A DNA stretch of 64,000 nt, taken from contig NC_043004.1 of NCBI RefSeq assembly GCF_006345805.1, forward strand, positions 28,210,001-28,274,000, written 5' to 3'. This DNA comes from Octopus sinensis (lineage: Eukaryota). The first letter of the stretch is position 1. Each line of letters starts with the position of its first letter. The translations under genes were made by a program, and so were the position numbers. Below, piece by piece: positions 52,735 through 64,000 of the stretch. A model generated the notes under the pieces. The model did not search any database. It saw only the letters and a program-made list of their open reading frames with translations, and was not told the DNA's origin.

Positions 52735-52915
52735 CATGTGGAGGCGTATAGCTTGGTGGTTATGGCGTTAGAATGTAAGATTGTAGGCTTCGATTTCTGG
52801 ACCGGGCGATGCGTTGTTAACTTGAGCAAAAACACTTCATTTCACGTTGCTCCAGTCCACTCAGTTGGCAAAAATAAGTAATTCTACGACGGACCGGTGT
52901 CCCCTTCAGCGGGGA
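52735..52915 (+). mobile_element. tRNA-derived SINE, diverged (family D, head related to family C)
   Basis: GTGGAGGCG..GCTTCGATTTCTGGACCGGGCG..TTGAGCAAAAACACTTCATTTCACGTTGCTCCAGTCCACTCAG. A related fragment lies at 57888-57960. Confidence 0.65.
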
Positions 52916-53331
52916 TATATATATATATATATATATACCAGAAATATATACGTCAGAGAAACCGAGAAACCGGTCTTATGCTCCTTACGAAGTAGTGTTC
53001 ACTACAAAGTTATGCCCATGTTCTTTTCTTTTATTATAGGGGTCGATAAAATAAGTACCACTATATATATAGATAGATGCATAAGTGCATATTTGTATAT
53101 AAAAAATCTCTATATGCACTATTTGCATTATGCGTATACAGCACACATATACGTACATACATAAATATATCTTTGTGTATACATACTTGTGTATGTGCAA
53201 TCAGATATTGTGTGTCGGTGGATGAATGGAGAGATGTCTGATTGGATGGAGGGATAAAACATGCTTATAGAGAAATACCTTCTCTGTCTCCTGTCAAACG
53301 ACTAACATACTATCAACATTATAATGTAGTT

Positions 53332-53715
53332 GTGGAGGCGCAATGGCCCAGTGGTTAGGGCAGCGGACTCGCGGTCGTAGGATCGCAGTTTCGATTCCCA
53401 GACCGGGCGTTGTGAGTGTTTATTGAGCGAAAACACCTAAAGCTCCACGAGGCTCCGGCAGGGATGGTGGTGATCCCTGCTGTACTCTTTCACCACAACT
53501 TTCTCTCACTCTTACTTCCTGTTTCTGTTGTACCTGTATTTCAAAGGGCCGGCCTTGTCACTCTCTGTGTCACGCTGAATATCCCCGAGAACTACGTTAA
53601 GGGTACACGTGTCTGTGGAGTGCTCAGCCACTTACACGTTAATTTCACGAGCAGGCTGTTCCGTTGATCGGATCAACCGGAACCCTCATCGTCGTAACCG
53701 ACGGAGTGCTTAGAA
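53332..53715 (+). mobile_element. SINE family C, copy 2, 11-bp TSD
   Basis: ATAATGTAGTT at 53321-53331 and 53716-53726; ~98% identical to copy 1. Confidence 0.92.
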
Positions 53716-54494
53716 ATAATGTAGTTAAGGAGGTCTGAGTTGGATTACGGAAAGCATAATTGGTAAAATGTACAGTGTAGCTGTTCGTTGACTGTCGTTT
53801 AGTATACTACTTAACTGACAAACATTCTCGTCATCGCTAAGTGTGGAGCAAGTATTTTACTCATAAAGGTTATTTATAATCTGATTCTCCTCCAATTATC
53901 AAATGTATGTCTTAGATAAAAAGGTCAAAGCTAGCATCTTAAAAAAAAAACAAAACAAATCGCATTCTAGTTTGAAAGTCTTTTGGGTGACTGTGTTTTA
54001 GAAACATTACATTTATCTTGTTTGCCGCCAGTTAGCAAGGGAAGTATATAATCGATCAGAGCTCAGAATATGACTGGTACTTATATTATCAACTCTGGTC
54101 AGATGGATGTCAAAGTGTACGAGGCCATCATCGGACTGTAATATTGAACTCAGAGAGATAAAAAAATAAATACAGATTGCAAACTGATACGAACTGATAT
54201 TAATTACAAGTTTGACAAAAATCTGTCAGACTGATGTAAGTAGTCGTCAAAATCAGCCATGATAAATGAGAATAAGGATAGTGGGACATATTTTACAATT
54301 GACACAAGAGCAAAATCTTAAACAAATTTTAAATATGTAATGAGAAAGTAGTTGGGGGTCTGGGTCTAATTTTTCTTTTTGAGCAGAAACTACGGAAGAT
54401 AACTCCGGACGTTTCCCCTAATGCCGAATCCTCAGTCAATGTATAATTAGACTCCATATTATTATCATTGTCATTCTTCTTCTTCTTCTTCTTC

Positions 54495-54557
<63 letters not shown>

Positions 54558-54581
54558 TATTATTATTATTAATATTATTAT

Positions 54582-54782
54582 AAAGGCGGTGAGCTGGCGG
54601 AATCGTTAGCTAAAAGAGGCTTAACGGCGTTTCGTCGCTAGACGTTCTGAGTTCAAATTACGCCGACGTCGACGATTTTGCCTTCAACTCTTTCAGGGTT
54701 GATAAAATAAGTACCAGTCGAACTCTAGGGTTAATGCAAACGATTTACCCACCACCTCAATTTCTGGCCTGGTGCCAAAATT
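54582..54782 (+). mobile_element. SINE family A embedded in (ATT)n repeats
   Basis: GGCGGTGAGCTGGCGGAATCGTTAGC..GAGTTCAAATT..GGCCTGGTGCCAAAA. Confidence 0.82.
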
Positions 54783-55164
54783 ATTATTATTATTATTATT
54801 ATTCGTAGTAGTAGTAGTAGTAGTTTCATTATATATTTTCTCTCCGTATTCGCGGTTTTTCATTCACTATTGAATTCTGCACATTTACCATTCTCACTGT
54901 TTTTCCTTTACACACACACAAACACACACACACACACACACATAAGAACGCACACGCATGCATGCACCCCCACAAACACCCCCAACCACATGCACTCTCT
55001 CTCTCTATCTCTGTCTATCTGTCTGTCTCTCTCTCCCTGTCTTCCTTGTTTCTTGTGAGGCTCATGTCTTTTTAAATACAATAATTGCCATGTTTTTCTT
55101 ATTTCCATATAGTTATAACAGACAGTCCTACGTGTCTTCCAGACACTTCTACTTCCATTAGCCT

Positions 55165-55172
55165 TTACTATT

Positions 55173-55221
<49 letters not shown>

Positions 55222-55492
55222 CCATTATTATTATTGTTGTTGTTGTTGTTGTTGTTGTTATTATTATTATTATTATCATCATCATCATCATCACCATTAT
55301 TATTATTATTGTTATTACTATTATTATTATTATTATTATTATTATTATCATCATCATCACCATTATTATTATTATTATTATTATTTTATTATTATTATGA
55401 TTATCATCATCATCATCATTATTATTATAATAATAATTATTATTATTATTATTATTATTATTATTGTTATTATTATTATTATTATTATTATT
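55165..55492. repeat. Mosaic trinucleotide array (CAT/TAT/TGT)
   Basis: Direct inspection. Confidence 0.95.
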
Positions 55493-56038
55493 TGTGTCTT
55501 TGAAAAACCCAGATAATCTTTTTTTTTATATTATTTATTGCTTCAGAAATTCTATTTCCATTTACTTTTATATTTAGATGATGCAAAACTTTTTGTTTCT
55601 TTCCATACATTCTTTATACAATTCAATTTCCACTCATTATATGTGTATGGGTCTATGTACGTATGAAAGCATATAGGGTTTGAATATGCGTGTGTCGTCG
55701 TGTACACACGCACACACACACACACACACACTCATTCATTCACAAACACCCACACTCACTCAAGCACAAACACGCACACACACATACATACACGTACATG
55801 CGCATGCACACACATGCACGCACGCGTTCGCAAACATTCACGCGTTTTCAAATTACATTCATTTTCTCTGCAACACATTTCGTGTAATATATTTAGAATC
55901 TTTTATTTTTTCTATTTTACGCAATCTTTTTAAAAATATTCATGTATTTGTTTCCCCCACTTCCATTAAACTTTAATACATACACGCATACACACACATA
56001 CTACGCACAAATATATACACACTTACACTCGTGTGTGT

Positions 56039-56078
<40 letters not shown>

Positions 56079-56487
56079 TGATTATATTTGCCATTAATGA
56101 GGTTGTTGTATTATTTATTTTGATTTCATTTTGATTCTGTTTATATATTCTACTTGTTCTAAATTGTAATCACATAAATATAATATACATTTCTTTTGAT
56201 AGATTTTCAAATACTTCCTGTTTTTTTTTTTATCAACGTCATATCCTCATCAACATGAACGACGTTCCCGTCGTCATCGCCGACATCTTGTTTCTCTTAT
56301 GTCTTAAATTCTTTTATATCGATCAACATTTCATTGTTTTATTTTTCCAAAATATACGTGTGTGTGTGTGTGTGTGTGTCTACATATGGTTGTGCAACTA
56401 AATTTCTTTATATTTGTTTGTCTCTGTTATCTCACTCTGTCTCTCTTTTTATGTATTTTATTTAATTTCAGCTTTATAAATATTTCA

Positions 56488-56531
<44 letters not shown>

Positions 56532-56599
56532 CGTTCTCTCTTTTTCTTTCTTTCACGTGCGCTCGCTCCAGCTCTCTGTCTGTCTGTCTCTCTCTCTGT

Positions 56600-56825
56600 C
56601 TCTTTCTCTCTAAACATATATTTCTCTCTGTCTCTGTCTCTTTCTCTTTAAACATATATTTCTCTCTGTCTCTTTCTCTCTAAACATATATTTCTTTCCC
56701 TGTCTCTTTCTCTCTAAACATATATTTCTCTCTCTGTCTCTTTCTCTCTAAACATATATTTCTCTCTGTCTCTGTCTCTTTCTCTCTAAAATATATTTCT
56801 CTCTAAACATATATTTCTCTCTCCA
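56600..56825. repeat. Minisatellite, ~7 units of 26-38 bp (CTCTCTAAACATATATTTCTCTCTGTCTCTTT)
   Basis: Unit recurs with variable numbers of CT/GT dinucleotides. Confidence 0.9.
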
Positions 56826-57412
56826 TGGAAATTAATGAGTTACTGTCTACATTCATCTCCCTCTTGATACACGTAGCTATCTTCATGCATTTGCCTTGCT
56901 CTTTCACGTTAAAATCAGATCCTTTTTTACGTCTGTCAAACTTGAAGTTACTTAGTCGAGCAAATAATACAACTGAACTGTGCATGTATGTGTGTGCGTG
57001 TATGTATGTGAACTGCATTTATATACAGTATATGCGTGTGTCTTTTGTGTGTTCGTGATGCTGTTTTTTTTCTAAATATCTCTCTCACTTTATGTCTCTC
57101 GTATTTCAGTTCTATATTTCAAACAATGGACGATATTTTACTTTGCATATTTCTATTTCCTTTGCATCTTTTATTTTCCACTGTGTCTATGTTATAGCTT
57201 AAATTATTATTTTTCTTACTATTCAATTCGTTCATTTCTACATATATTTTGTTTTTCAAATAAATGCGTATTAAACTTAATCCATGCTTGAACCAATGTC
57301 ATTTCACCAGTCTTCCATCATCGACACCTTTCTATTAAAACTACATCCATACCATTCCTTCTTGCACATCAATATCGACTTTCCTCAGTGGCGAAGCCAA
57401 TGTTCATTTACG

Positions 57413-57453
<41 letters not shown>

Positions 57454-57458
<5 letters not shown>

Positions 57459-57640
57459 GATAGATCATTAGCCACTACACACATTTTTTCCTCTCCTTGT
57501 TTTTTTTCTGTGTCCCTTTCTGTAGAAGAGCGTAGGCTCGAAACGTAAAAGACTCTTTCTATTCCTGAGCGTTATACTAATACATCTGTTTGTTTTGTAC
57601 ACTACCTGTCTTCGTCTTTTGTTTTCTTCGTAAACTCTCC
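57454..57640 (+). mobile_element. ~190-bp repeat with hammerhead-like motif (Penelope pseudo-LTR-like), copy 1
   Basis: Matches the reverse complements of 57961-58086 and 59125-59310. Contains CTTT-CTGTAGAA-GAGC(GTAG)GCTC-GAAACGTA-AAAG. Confidence 0.75.
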
Positions 57641-57658
57641 CTATATATATATATTATA

Positions 57659-57780
<122 letters not shown>

Positions 57781-57960
57781 AGTACAGAAGCGTGATAAAC
57801 TTCCTTAACGTTTCCCATTATTATTATTTTTTTTCTTGTCCATAAAGTATTTCAACAAATACAGACGCTCATTTAGTCTTTCATGAGAAAGACACTTTAT
57901 TTCAGTTTACTCCACTCCACTCAGCTGGCGAAAATGAGTTGTTCCTGTAATTCAAAGGGC

Positions 57961-58086
57961 CGGAATAGAAAACGTCTTTTACGTTTCGAACCTACGCTCT
58001 TCTACAGAAAGGTACACAGAAAAAAACAAGAAGATAAAAAAAGGAGAGAGAAAAAATGTGTGTAGTGGCTAACGATCTATCATGAC
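57961..58086 (-). mobile_element. Same repeat, copy 2 (partial, inverted, facing copy 1)
   Basis: CTTTTACGTTTCGAACCTACGCTCTTCTACAGAAAG..GTGTAGTGGCTAACGATCTATCATG. Confidence 0.75.
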
Positions 58087-59124
58087 GACGTACATGAACA
58101 CATACACTCTATCATATGTTGAGCCAATCGAGATATCCAACAAATATAAAGCCACCGTCCTTCTGAAAATACTTCTGCAAGTTCTCTTACTGTCTATACT
58201 TTTATTATAGTACTTTATTTTAAATTACTTTTTTGCAATGAAAACTATCCGGCATTGAAACCCCACCTATCACCATCACTACTTTATTATTTAAAGATCA
58301 CTTGCTGGCGTGCAACAACGCTGTCAGGTTGGCAATATAGTGACTTAACAATCAAAAGACACACGAGTTAGCTGTTTTGTCTTTGTCAAATGTCAACCTA
58401 CGTTTAACAGGTTATGAATGTCAGATCCATTTATTTAACAAGTTTAATGGTTTCATTCTTAGTTTAGTCGTCCATTTTAACCTAGTCTACCAATAATGTT
58501 AACCTGCTGAACTAATTAAGTTTAAGTTTTAACCTTATGAACTAATAATTGCGAATATTTCAATGGTCAGTAGAAACCGCTGCTTTCCGAAAAACTGTCA
58601 TTTTAAATATCTTCAGAGTGTTTTTACTTCGTTTGTTTGATTTATGAATTTGCTGTCCATTGTTGTACTTTGCCTACAACCAAGCATCATATATTCCTTT
58701 CTATGTAAGTTAATTTGAGGCATATATCCGTATTTGTTGAAACTATGTCCCTTATTCTTTGAAACATTCTAACAGATAACACTAAGTTTTTGATTCTTTC
58801 AACAACCAAGAGAGAATATTAAGGAATTAAAAGTTTACTGCACATGTTATTCCGTACATCAGCTTTTGGCTTAAATGAACTTAACGCCGTTGGCCTCCTT
58901 GAGCTATTTTCCTTAGCACTTGAAACTTCCATCATTTTACTGCTTACTAGACACAAAGTTCAATTTAGACAAACAATACGTCGTAAAAATGTTATTTCTT
59001 GTCACAATAGTTTCTGAGATATTCAGTTCTGCTATTATTTAATTTCCTTACCCATCTACATTCTAGTCTGTAATTCCTTAACTGCTTTTAGTTTAAAGTG
59101 CATACATATATACATACATATATA

Positions 59125-59310
59125 TAGGGAAGAATTCACAAAAAAACAAAAAACAAAAGACGAAGGCAGGTGGTGTAGACAACAAACAGATGTATTAGTT
59201 TAACGCTCGGGAAGTGAAAAAGTCTTAACGTTTCGATCCTACGCTCTTCCACAGAAAGGAACATAGAAGGAAACAAGGAGAGAAAATAAAGAATGTGTAG
59301 TGGCTAGCGA
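59125..59310 (-). mobile_element. Same repeat, copy 3
   Basis: AAACAGATGTATTAG..AACGTTTCGATCCTACGCTCTTCCACAGAAAG..GTGTAGTGGCTAGCGAT. Confidence 0.75.
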
Positions 59311-59378
59311 TTTCTCTCGCTCTCTCTCTCCATATATATATATATATATATATACATACACACGCGCACCCACGCACG

Positions 59379-59476
<98 letters not shown>

Positions 59477-61079
59477 TATATACCTACATCTTTAAATAAT
59501 GCCATTTCTCTCTCCGTAGTGCTGATTCAGTGTATATTTGTATATCCTCTGTAATCTATGTATATTTCTCATTCACAGTTTGGTAATAATTGCTTTGAAA
59601 TATTAAACTTATTTTATAAGTTTTATCATCAACTCAATAGGTGCTCTCTTTACTTCTAATACTGATTTATTTTTAGGTTCCAAATATTATATGATTTGCC
59701 CGCTACCAACATATTACTTTCAAGAATTGATGATTTCAACAGATCTGTCGTTGATGGTTATTCCTCTACGTTTCTGACGCAGATGAAGGTTTTTCATAGT
59801 CCGGTTTTAAAAACTTGTTCTATTCAATTCGAAAAATGGTTTTAATTCTGTATCACCTCTTCTCGTTCCATCTTCTAATGCTCTCATAGTTACCCTCTTC
59901 CAATTGTTTCGCGTTTATTTACTATTTCAAGCCTTTGAACACTCTGTATTCATCACTGTTTGCTATTGAATTTATAGTTGTTGTATCAAGTGCCTATTCT
60001 CTTTCATGGACAGAAATTAAGTTGCGTAATTTTCACGTACCTCCAAATCTGTGATGGTATTACTCACAAGCTCCGAAAGAAAAAAAAGTGTGGGTTTTAA
60101 TGTTGTTTTCAATTTAGTCAAGAAGAATCTGCTGCTATTTCATGCTTTTTTTTTCAAACTTTGTTTTTAATCTGCTGCTATTTCCTCTTCCAATTCCATT
60201 AAATTAAACCAGATGCACATGAACAGTCTGCAGTTCATTATTTGCGTCTGTATTTTTAACTGATTTATTGGATTTTGTTTCTGTTCTATCAGTGTGTACA
60301 TTGGTCTATCCTCTATGAATTATCCGGCTTCTATCCTCCTGTATACATTGTCCTGCAGGAATTCCTCATACATTACTTCTATAAAAAACTATTATATCAT
60401 CTTTTCTTCACATCTCTCAAAACACGCCATTCCCTTTTTCACGCTGAACTCAGTCAATTTCCACTAACTTCTTGTCATTCGTCATCTAAGGCTTCATGCC
60501 TATTTTAACACCGTTACCCATTAGGTTGAGTAGAAATAACATCCACAAATTTTGGCTTAGAAATTGCAAGTTCGCATCTCGCTACGGGCGTTATTTTAAT
60601 TCATTCTCCTAGACAAGAAGAAAATATTAATTTTACTCTTTCAAGGCTTCATGCCCAGTTAAGTAATATTTATTTGGTATCATTCTAATAAGTGTGTTTT
60701 ATTAGGAAGTGAGTGGCAGAATCCGTAGAGTGTCAGAGAAAATGCCTAGCGGTCAACACATCATTTAATGCTCTGATTTCAAATCTCACCCAACGTCCAT
60801 TTGAGTTTCATTTCTCAGAGTTCGATAAAATAGAGGATTTGGAACGATTTATTGTAAAGCTTTAAAACATAATATTATTCTTCCTTTTGCCGTTTAAATT
60901 CCGAAAACTAGAATTAATATATTATCTTTGTCCAGTTTTTACTATCTTACAATCCTTTTTATTGCATACTTACGACTACAGTATACAATGTGTACTTGCT
61001 GATTTAAGACAGTAGCCGTAATTTCAGGGAATTTAGGTGTTGTTTTTAGCAGGTTGCATAGCCGTGGAGAAACACCCTC

Positions 61080-61098
61080 ATTGATGGTGGTGGTGCTG

Positions 61099-61131
<33 letters not shown>

Positions 61132-61415
61132 ACTACTACTACTACTACTAATAATAATAATAATATAATAATAATAATAATAATAACAATAATAAAAGTT
61201 GTAGTGGAGGTGGCGGCGACGGCTGCAGCAGTAGCTGTAGTAGCAGTGGCAGTAGCAGCAGCAGTAGCAACAGCAGTAGCAACAGCAGAAGCAGCAGCAG
61301 CAGCAGTAGTAATAGAAGTAGTATAACCGTGGTGGTAGCAGTAGTAGTGGTTGTGGTGGTAGTGGTGGTGGTGGTGGTGGTGTGGTGGTGGTGTGGTGGT
61401 GGTGATGGTAGTAGT
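61080..61415. repeat. Mosaic trinucleotide array (CTA/ATA/GCA/GTG)
   Basis: Direct inspection. Confidence 0.93.
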
Positions 61416-61619
61416 AGCAATAGACATACCATACAATATTAATTGGTGATGGTCTTTATATATTTCCCTTCCAATATTCCCACACCATATGCCATAACAA
61501 TTGTTCTTTTTGTTAATATAATTCTTTCACTTTTAAAAAGAAAACAAAAATTACAATTCGTTTTTTTATTTTTCTAATGATTTTTCTAACAGTTTTTAAT
61601 TATTTTTCGCACTTTATAT

Positions 61620-61676
61620 TGCTGTTGTTTTGTTGTTGTTGTTTTCATTCTTCTTCTTCTTCTTTTTCTTCTTCTT

Positions 61677-61756
<80 letters not shown>

Positions 61757-61758
61757 CA

Positions 61759-61794
<36 letters not shown>

Positions 61795-61803
61795 CTATTA
61801 TTA

Positions 61804-61834
<31 letters not shown>

Positions 61835-61842
61835 CATCATCA

Positions 61843-61894
<52 letters not shown>

Positions 61895-61965
61895 CGGCGG
61901 TGGTGGTGGTTTTATTTTACTGTTTACTGCTGTTCTTCTTGTTTTGTGGTGGTGGTGGTGGTTCT
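61620..61965. repeat. Mosaic trinucleotide array (TGT/TCT/TAT/CAT/GGT)
   Basis: Direct inspection. Confidence 0.93.
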
Positions 61966-63652
61966 GGGGATTCAATTATTTCCATATGTTTACCATGAAT
62001 ATTTATATTTATATTTTATACACAATTTTGTAAAACGCAACTCACACCCTCTTTCTTTGTTCTTTTGTTTTCCTGTGCTTTTTTTATTTTTTCGCTCTTG
62101 TAGCAGCAAATAAAGATGCAACACATCACCCACCACCACCACCACCAGCACCAGAACCACCACCGATATTCTCCTCTCCTCCTCTTCCTCATTATCATCT
62201 TGTTTCACCCTGCTGCTGTTTATATCTATCAACTCACACCCCCTCCTTCTCAGGCATAAATCATTCTTGTGCTGCATGAACTTCCCTTCTCTCTCATTCA
62301 CTCCCACATAGCTTCCTTTCTCTTACATACATTTTCTGATATTTCCTTTTATAGTTGTCGTTGTTGTTGTTATTATTATTATCATTATTATTATTATCAT
62401 TATTATTGCTGCTGCTCTCTTGCATCCTTCATAATAACACATTCAATGTCTTTTGTTTATTACGTGATCAATAAAACGGCTATGCGTCCTCCCTCTCAAC
62501 ACCACTAGGCTGAGGCAATCATAATGATCATGGTGATGATGATGATGATGATAATAAATCCTTTTGTCTCTATCTCTGACCTCCCTCTTTCTCTCGCTCT
62601 CTTTTTTTTATCTTTCTCCCTTAATAAGATATCTCAAAACCAACAATGTGCAGAACGATATTGAAGAAACATTTAATATTCACATATTACAGAGGTACAA
62701 ACAATAACAAGTGTTAAAGGTAACAACTACAATAACAACAATATTGGTGTTGTTTATAACAATGATAGTGATGGTGATGACGAAGATGTCTATAATGAGG
62801 GGATGATGCTGATGTTTGTGATTGTGAAGAGGATGATATTGTTCTTTATAAGATTTATGATGGAAATGATGATGACGATAATGGTGATCATTAGAAGGAT
62901 GGTGATGTTCTTGATCTGATGAAGAGGTGAGCTGGTGATGTTTATGATACTGATGGTAATGATGTTGCTATTTATGAAGTTGATAAAAGGTCACAAACGT
63001 GTAGGGAAAGAGGTATGATCGTTGGGAAATAAAAAAACAAAAGTGATCCTAGTGAAATTTGAACTCAGAACTCCATGGTACACAACTAAATTTTGCTACT
63101 GAAAGACTTTCTACCCACATAAAATTAAGGGTTTCTTGTGAATTTGTTTTGACGACAGTGGGATAGAATATCATAGTCACCATCTCGGCCTTACAGCCAT
63201 TGAAAACTTGATCTTTAAGGAGGCTATATTCGTTAAAAGTCAACACGAAAGAAATATTGGCTAACAGAACATTACTAATCTGCACATGCTACAATCATAC
63301 CCACAGCCCATCCTCACACATCTGTACCGATCAAAGCTGAACTCAATCTCCACTTAAGATTTTGCAAAGCCGAAGTATTGAAGTATAAGGCAAAAGTGTA
63401 AATGTTTTACTTTTCAGCTTTTGTAAAATAGTTTAGAAGCGGTGCCACAATATGACACCTACTCACGGTTTGGGTTCATATTATTAATGAGTACGATAGT
63501 ATTTGCATGCAGCCTGAGCAATGTTCAAAAACTTGTGTCGAAAGAATAAGTTAACTCCATCATATCTAATGAGAATTTTGGGCCCAATTGTGTATTCAAA
63601 TGCGTGTAAGTGATGTTTATGTTAGTTTAGTGGTGTTTATTTATGTGTGTGC

Positions 63653-63728
<76 letters not shown>

Positions 63729-64000
63729 TGTGTGAGTGTGTGTGTGCGTGTGAGTGTGTGTGTGCGTGTGTGTGTTTCAAAGGAAATACCCAAATAATGC
63801 GAAAGTGACCTTCCGACATCAATTGTCTTTCAGGCAACTTTAACTCAGAATTGTTTTAGTCACCCTGTTCCTGAGATCATATTGAGGATTTAGTGACGGA
63901 AGAAAGGAGTACGAAGAATACCATAGAGTGCAGAAGCAAATAGAATAGCTTTGTATACTGAGAGTAGCGAGTAATGGAGTTGATTAAGCGTCTTCTAAGA

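Noticed and set aside
54908-55516. Poly-His/Cys/Tyr/Ile ORFs resembling metal-binding or membrane proteins
   Set aside because: Pure trinucleotide mosaics open in several frames on both strands, with no unique coding sequence.
58700-59040. Possible Tc1-like transposase remnant on the minus strand (IIAELNISETIV, SRRPTALSS)
   Set aside because: Similarity is too weak and fragmentary, and no TIRs or catalytic motifs were found.
60942-61998. Poly-Ala/Thr/His/Leu ORFs resembling homopolymer-rich transcription factors
   Set aside because: Trinucleotide arrays with no flanking domain or convincing splice sites.

Overview
AT-rich, repeat-saturated animal genomic DNA. The extreme microsatellite load and the recurring tRNA-derived SINE families suggest an octopus/coleoid cephalopod (inference, not a database result). 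I cannot identify any protein-coding gene with confidence. Nearly all long ORFs in the supplied track are translations of (TA)n, (CA)n, (CATA)n, (GATA)n or trinucleotide repeats. The recognisable protein-coding remnants are all dead transposons: an internally deleted DD34D mariner (1981-2992), an R4/Dong-type RLE non-LTR fragment (22469-22960) and RTE-clade LINE 3' ends (25965-27085, 46290-46600). Also present are about 25 SINE copies from 3-4 families, two copies of a TTAGGG-containing MITE with 8-bp target-site duplications, and a Helitron 3' end. The most interesting signals are RNA-structural: a complete minimal type-I hammerhead ribozyme motif inside a Penelope-like inverted repeat (1526-1564), a three-copy ~190-bp repeat with a consistently altered hammerhead-like core (57.4-59.3 kb), a GC-rich island with two hammerhead-like cores (9.4-9.6 kb) and a perfect 26-bp hairpin (50362-50428). 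Scattered splice signals, including a 12-nt microexon candidate, suggest the window may lie within long introns, but these calls are low confidence.
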